In this document: piece after piece, positions 60,339-64,000 of the stretch
How positions within the stretch are numbered: the stretch's first letter is position 1
How the letters are laid out: every line of letters starts with the position of its first letter
DNA from: Nitrosopumilaceae archaeon
Lineage (GTDB): Archaea > Thermoproteota > Nitrososphaeria > Nitrososphaerales > Nitrosopumilaceae
Reading direction: 5' to 3'
Length of the DNA: 64,000 nucleotides
Assembly (NCBI GenBank): GCA_965207375.1
Contig: CBDBMG010000003.1
Coordinates: 544,001 to 608,000, forward strand
The notes under the pieces: generated by a model
Databases searched by the model: none
What the model saw: only the letters and a program-made list of their open reading frames with translations
Told to the model about the DNA's origin: nothing
Program-made: the position numbers and the translations under genes

Positions 60339-60698
60339 TATAAATTGTGATAGTACAAGATTTAACTTACTACGTAATTCGTTTAGCTTAACTTACGTAA
60401 CTTTTCCTGGTATCCCGGCACCTTAAAATAACCATACACGGCAAAATAACCGTACAATGAAAATAACCATACACGATTATAGGTAAGTGTATATATAATC
60501 TATGATTCGTACAAGTTAGATAATTAGTCTGATTGAAGCCACCTAACGCCAATCATAATAATATTATTATATTAAATAATATTTTTAGGCTTTTCAGTTT
60601 CCGTAACATTTCCGTATTTTGTTACATGCCAAGTATATGCTTCCAGGTTTATACGGTATAGCTAGCATACACAATGCACTTACTGGTATAATATGCTA

Positions 60699-61764
60699 CT
60701 AGACAGATGTTTCAACATCGTGGGGCAAGCCTTCGCGACATATATATACATGTATGCATATAGTTAACATTATACATTCCAAGGTCATGTTGTGTTTGTG
60801 AGACATTATTGTTTTCTAAGGTGATGATATAATGGAGGTAACTATATAGTTTTCTTGTGTAAAAGTAATAATCACAAGTGACAAGATCAGTGACTGGTGA
60901 TGCTGATAATTGTCTCTCTGAGTATAGTCTCTATGATGAAGCACAAGATGACATATGTATGCATCCTAGTTACATGCCTCTTGCATAATTACATTAGCTA
61001 TTGATGTATTTAGAACTTAGTATTAAAATAGTACAATTAGTCTGCTTTGTTAATTAAGTTTCTAATCTCTCCTCTCGTTGCTCAGATGCTTCACTTTGCT
61101 CTCTCTCTCCTGCGTATAGTCGCCTTTCTCGCTGCTCGTAATTCTCGGTTGCTGTCGATAGCTCCTTTCTTTCTCTCTCCTTCTACGTAGTCACTCTTCT
61201 CACTGCTCGTCATTCTGTTGCTGTCGATTGTTCATTTCCCTCTCTCCTTCTACGCAGTCGCTCTTCTCGCTGCTCGTCATTCTGTTATCGGGTGTTATCG
61301 ATTGTTCATGTCTTCTACGTAGTTGCTGCGTGAATTCGCTGTTGTGAAAACATATCACTACGATTTTCTCCCTTTGTCAGAAGTTATACGTAACCATCTA
61401 TACTGAGATCTACATACGTCCAGAGAAGTAGCGCAGATATGCATAAGCGCATATAAGTGTTTGTATGCGTAAGCCACATAACTGTTTATAATGGTGCTTA
61501 GATTGGAAATATCATAACTTTATCTCTTTGTCAGTCGTGAGTATACCGATATATCTAGACCGTGTGACGTACTGTATGCATATTTGCGTATTAACTCGCG
61601 TAGACACTGAGAAGTAGCTACATGCCATAGTGCTTACAATTAGAATTACCTACGTAGCGCTTACAATTAGAGTGACGTACGACGTACGTACGCCGTACCA
61701 TCAGAATGCAGTGATTTCAACTCGATACACCATTTATGTTGGGCTCGCTAAGGCTCGCCCCAAT
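60699..61764 (-). mobile_element. Helentron/Helitron2-like non-autonomous element
   Basis: Reverse-strand TTGGGGCGAGCCTTAGCGAGCCC start and ...CATCTGTCTAG end, as in 20471-21145. Confidence 0.65.
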
Positions 61765-62437
61765 AATCATTTATTTGCTACATATCGATGTGGAATACAT
61801 ACAATGTGCTGTTACATTGTAGCTATAGCTAGCTACAGTGTAGCAGGATAGCTACGATATCGAGTTGTTGTCAGTTTCAACCAGCCCATGCATGCACAAA
61901 CTATAGTCTATATAATCCATACTAGGTAATCATTCGCTATATATGTAGCTAGCTAGTTATATTATGGTAGTGACTTTTTGGCTTCCATTGAAATCATTGT
62001 GTTGCGTGTATGCGCATGCATGTGCTATAATAGCGGCTAACTATAGCCTGCAACATACTTTACGCATGCACAGTATCTGAGTCAGTCCTTGCTCCAGTTG
62101 AATTCCCTCAGCGTAAAATGACAATTTGCCTGGCGTAGCTATATAGATGTGGCTATTTGATATAGCCATGTCTACTACAACTGTTATATATAGTATATAT
62201 TTTAAATGACGTAATGTAATGTTACGCCTTATTGAGAGTATCCAATTAAGCACATGACATAACTTGTATAGATAATTCTATTTTTAGGTGGGTAAATTTA
62301 TCTTCGAAATGAGTGGGCGATCAATCACCGGACATTTAAGATTTAAGATTAAATACTGGGCAGTCAGCTCAGCTGGTTTGCTCAGGGGGTGAAAACCCCA
62401 AATAGTACAATCATAGATACAATCAATTATAAAAATT

Positions 62438-63397
62438 TTAGTTAAGTAAGTGGATAAATTCGTCCAAGTCTCTTGATTCTATAATACTAATTGGTAGATT
62501 ATTCCAATCTTTAATAGTTCTTGAATAGAAACTATACTTATAAGTATTAAGAGTAACTTGTGGCAGGGTAAAGTGATTTGGATGGTGTTGTCGTGTGTGA
62601 AATTGGGTTCTTTGATAGTATTTAATTATTTTATAAAATAATGTTAACCTTGATAATTGACGACGCTGTTGTAATGTAGGTATATTGAGAACAGACAACA
62701 ATGATGTAACACTGGTAGTTCTAGAGTATTCAGATAAAATCCATCGAGCAGCTCTTCTTTGTATTTTTTCTAGCTTATAAATGTCAGTGTCGTAATACGG
62801 ATCCCATGCAGATAGGAGCAGCATATTCCATAATAGGTCTAACTAGTGTTAGATAGGCTGTTTTTTTAGTGTCAAGTGGACAACTATTAAGATTTCGTTT
62901 AATAAAATTCAGCACTTTAGTTGATCTATTACTGTATGTGTGATGACCATGACATAGTATTATCAATTCCTACACCAAGATATGTATATAGTTTCTTTAT
63001 CTCTAAATTATGACCCATTAAAGTATATGCATATTGTATGGGAATCGGGGAACGGGTACAGCGTAGCACGGCACATTTATCAATATTTAATTTCATTTGC
63101 CATTTGTTGGTCCATTCACATATTTTACATAGGTCTTCTTGTAACTGTTCCGCATCTTCTAGTGATGTAATAGACTTATAAATAACACAGTCATCGGCAA
63201 ATAGTCAAACGGAAGATGTAATGTTTTCATTTATATCATTAATATACACAAGAAACATAAGGGAGCCTAAAACTGTACCCTGTGGCACCCCAGACTTAAC
63301 AGGCTAGATGATTCTCCATCAACCATTACTCTTTGATATCTTTCTGTCAGCCAGGAGGAGATCCACTGAAGAAGAGGCCCTTGTACACCGTAAAATC
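62438..63397 (-). mobile_element. Degenerate LINE reverse transcriptase (CR1/L2-like)
   Basis: [54 protein letters not shown] and RTIKDWNNLP, with frameshifts. Confidence 0.9.
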
Positions 63398-64000
63398 TCA
63401 CAGCCTGTTTATACAATTAACAACTGTGACGCTTTTACCCCAATATTTGCATTAAATACTTAGCACTATAGACTACTACATGATATATAGCTATATATAT
63501 ATATATATATATATATATGTAGCTAACTACTACAATTCTTTACTGTTGTGTACTTCTGTGATTCATGAAAATTTAACCCTCAGTTATACGGTAGCTAGCT
63601 ACGTTGTTTAGAATTTAACTGTAATATTGCATGCCTTGTTATTTATACAGTATATACATTCACTAGCTATATATACACCTCAAAATTGACGAAAATATCA
63701 CAAATCCCACGTGAGGTTTCTACATTATATCCATGCAGAGGCCACCTCAAATGTAGAATCATTTTGGTCCCACTTGAAGGATCTAATAATACAAGGAATT
63801 TATAGTAACCTTTTCATACCCAAGAAGCCAACACACTCTAAAATGGTTTACTCCACAACACAAGTTAAACTGCCTTCGTACTAGGCTAAGCCTAAAAATT
63901 AACTATTCCTTCCCGAACTTCCCAAAAGCTTTATCCGTTATTCTTACCCAAATCATCACCTAATCATCATCACGTATTTTTCCTTTTTTATTTGCTTTAT

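Overview
AT-rich, intron-containing eukaryotic DNA. The microsatellite and repeat style suggests a marine invertebrate, possibly a demosponge (inference). Genes: the 5' part of a DCAF4-like WD40 gene (minus, <1-5150) lies head-to-head with a partial eIF3f-like gene (plus, 7165-8500). The 3' exons of a second DCAF4-like copy lie at 53394-54916 (minus). There are two spliceable exons of an unknown plus-strand gene (46616-49971) and a frameshifted nuclease-like ORF (58232-59076). The rest is a dense nest of transposons: an intron-bearing piggyBac transposase, a Gypsy remnant, LINE fragments, hAT and Tc1-type MITEs, Helentron-like elements, and three Helitron-like families ending in giant palindromes. 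The most striking feature is at about 13.4-44.7 kb: a tandem array of about 12 cassettes, each with conserved upstream motifs and a TATA box, then a 25-37-nt segment that differs between otherwise near-identical copies, then a canonical Sm site (AATTTTTGG) and a 3' stem-loop. These are candidate U7/SmY-like small nuclear RNA genes with hypervariable 5' guide segments. All calls were made by eye without database searches, and boundaries may be off by a few nt.
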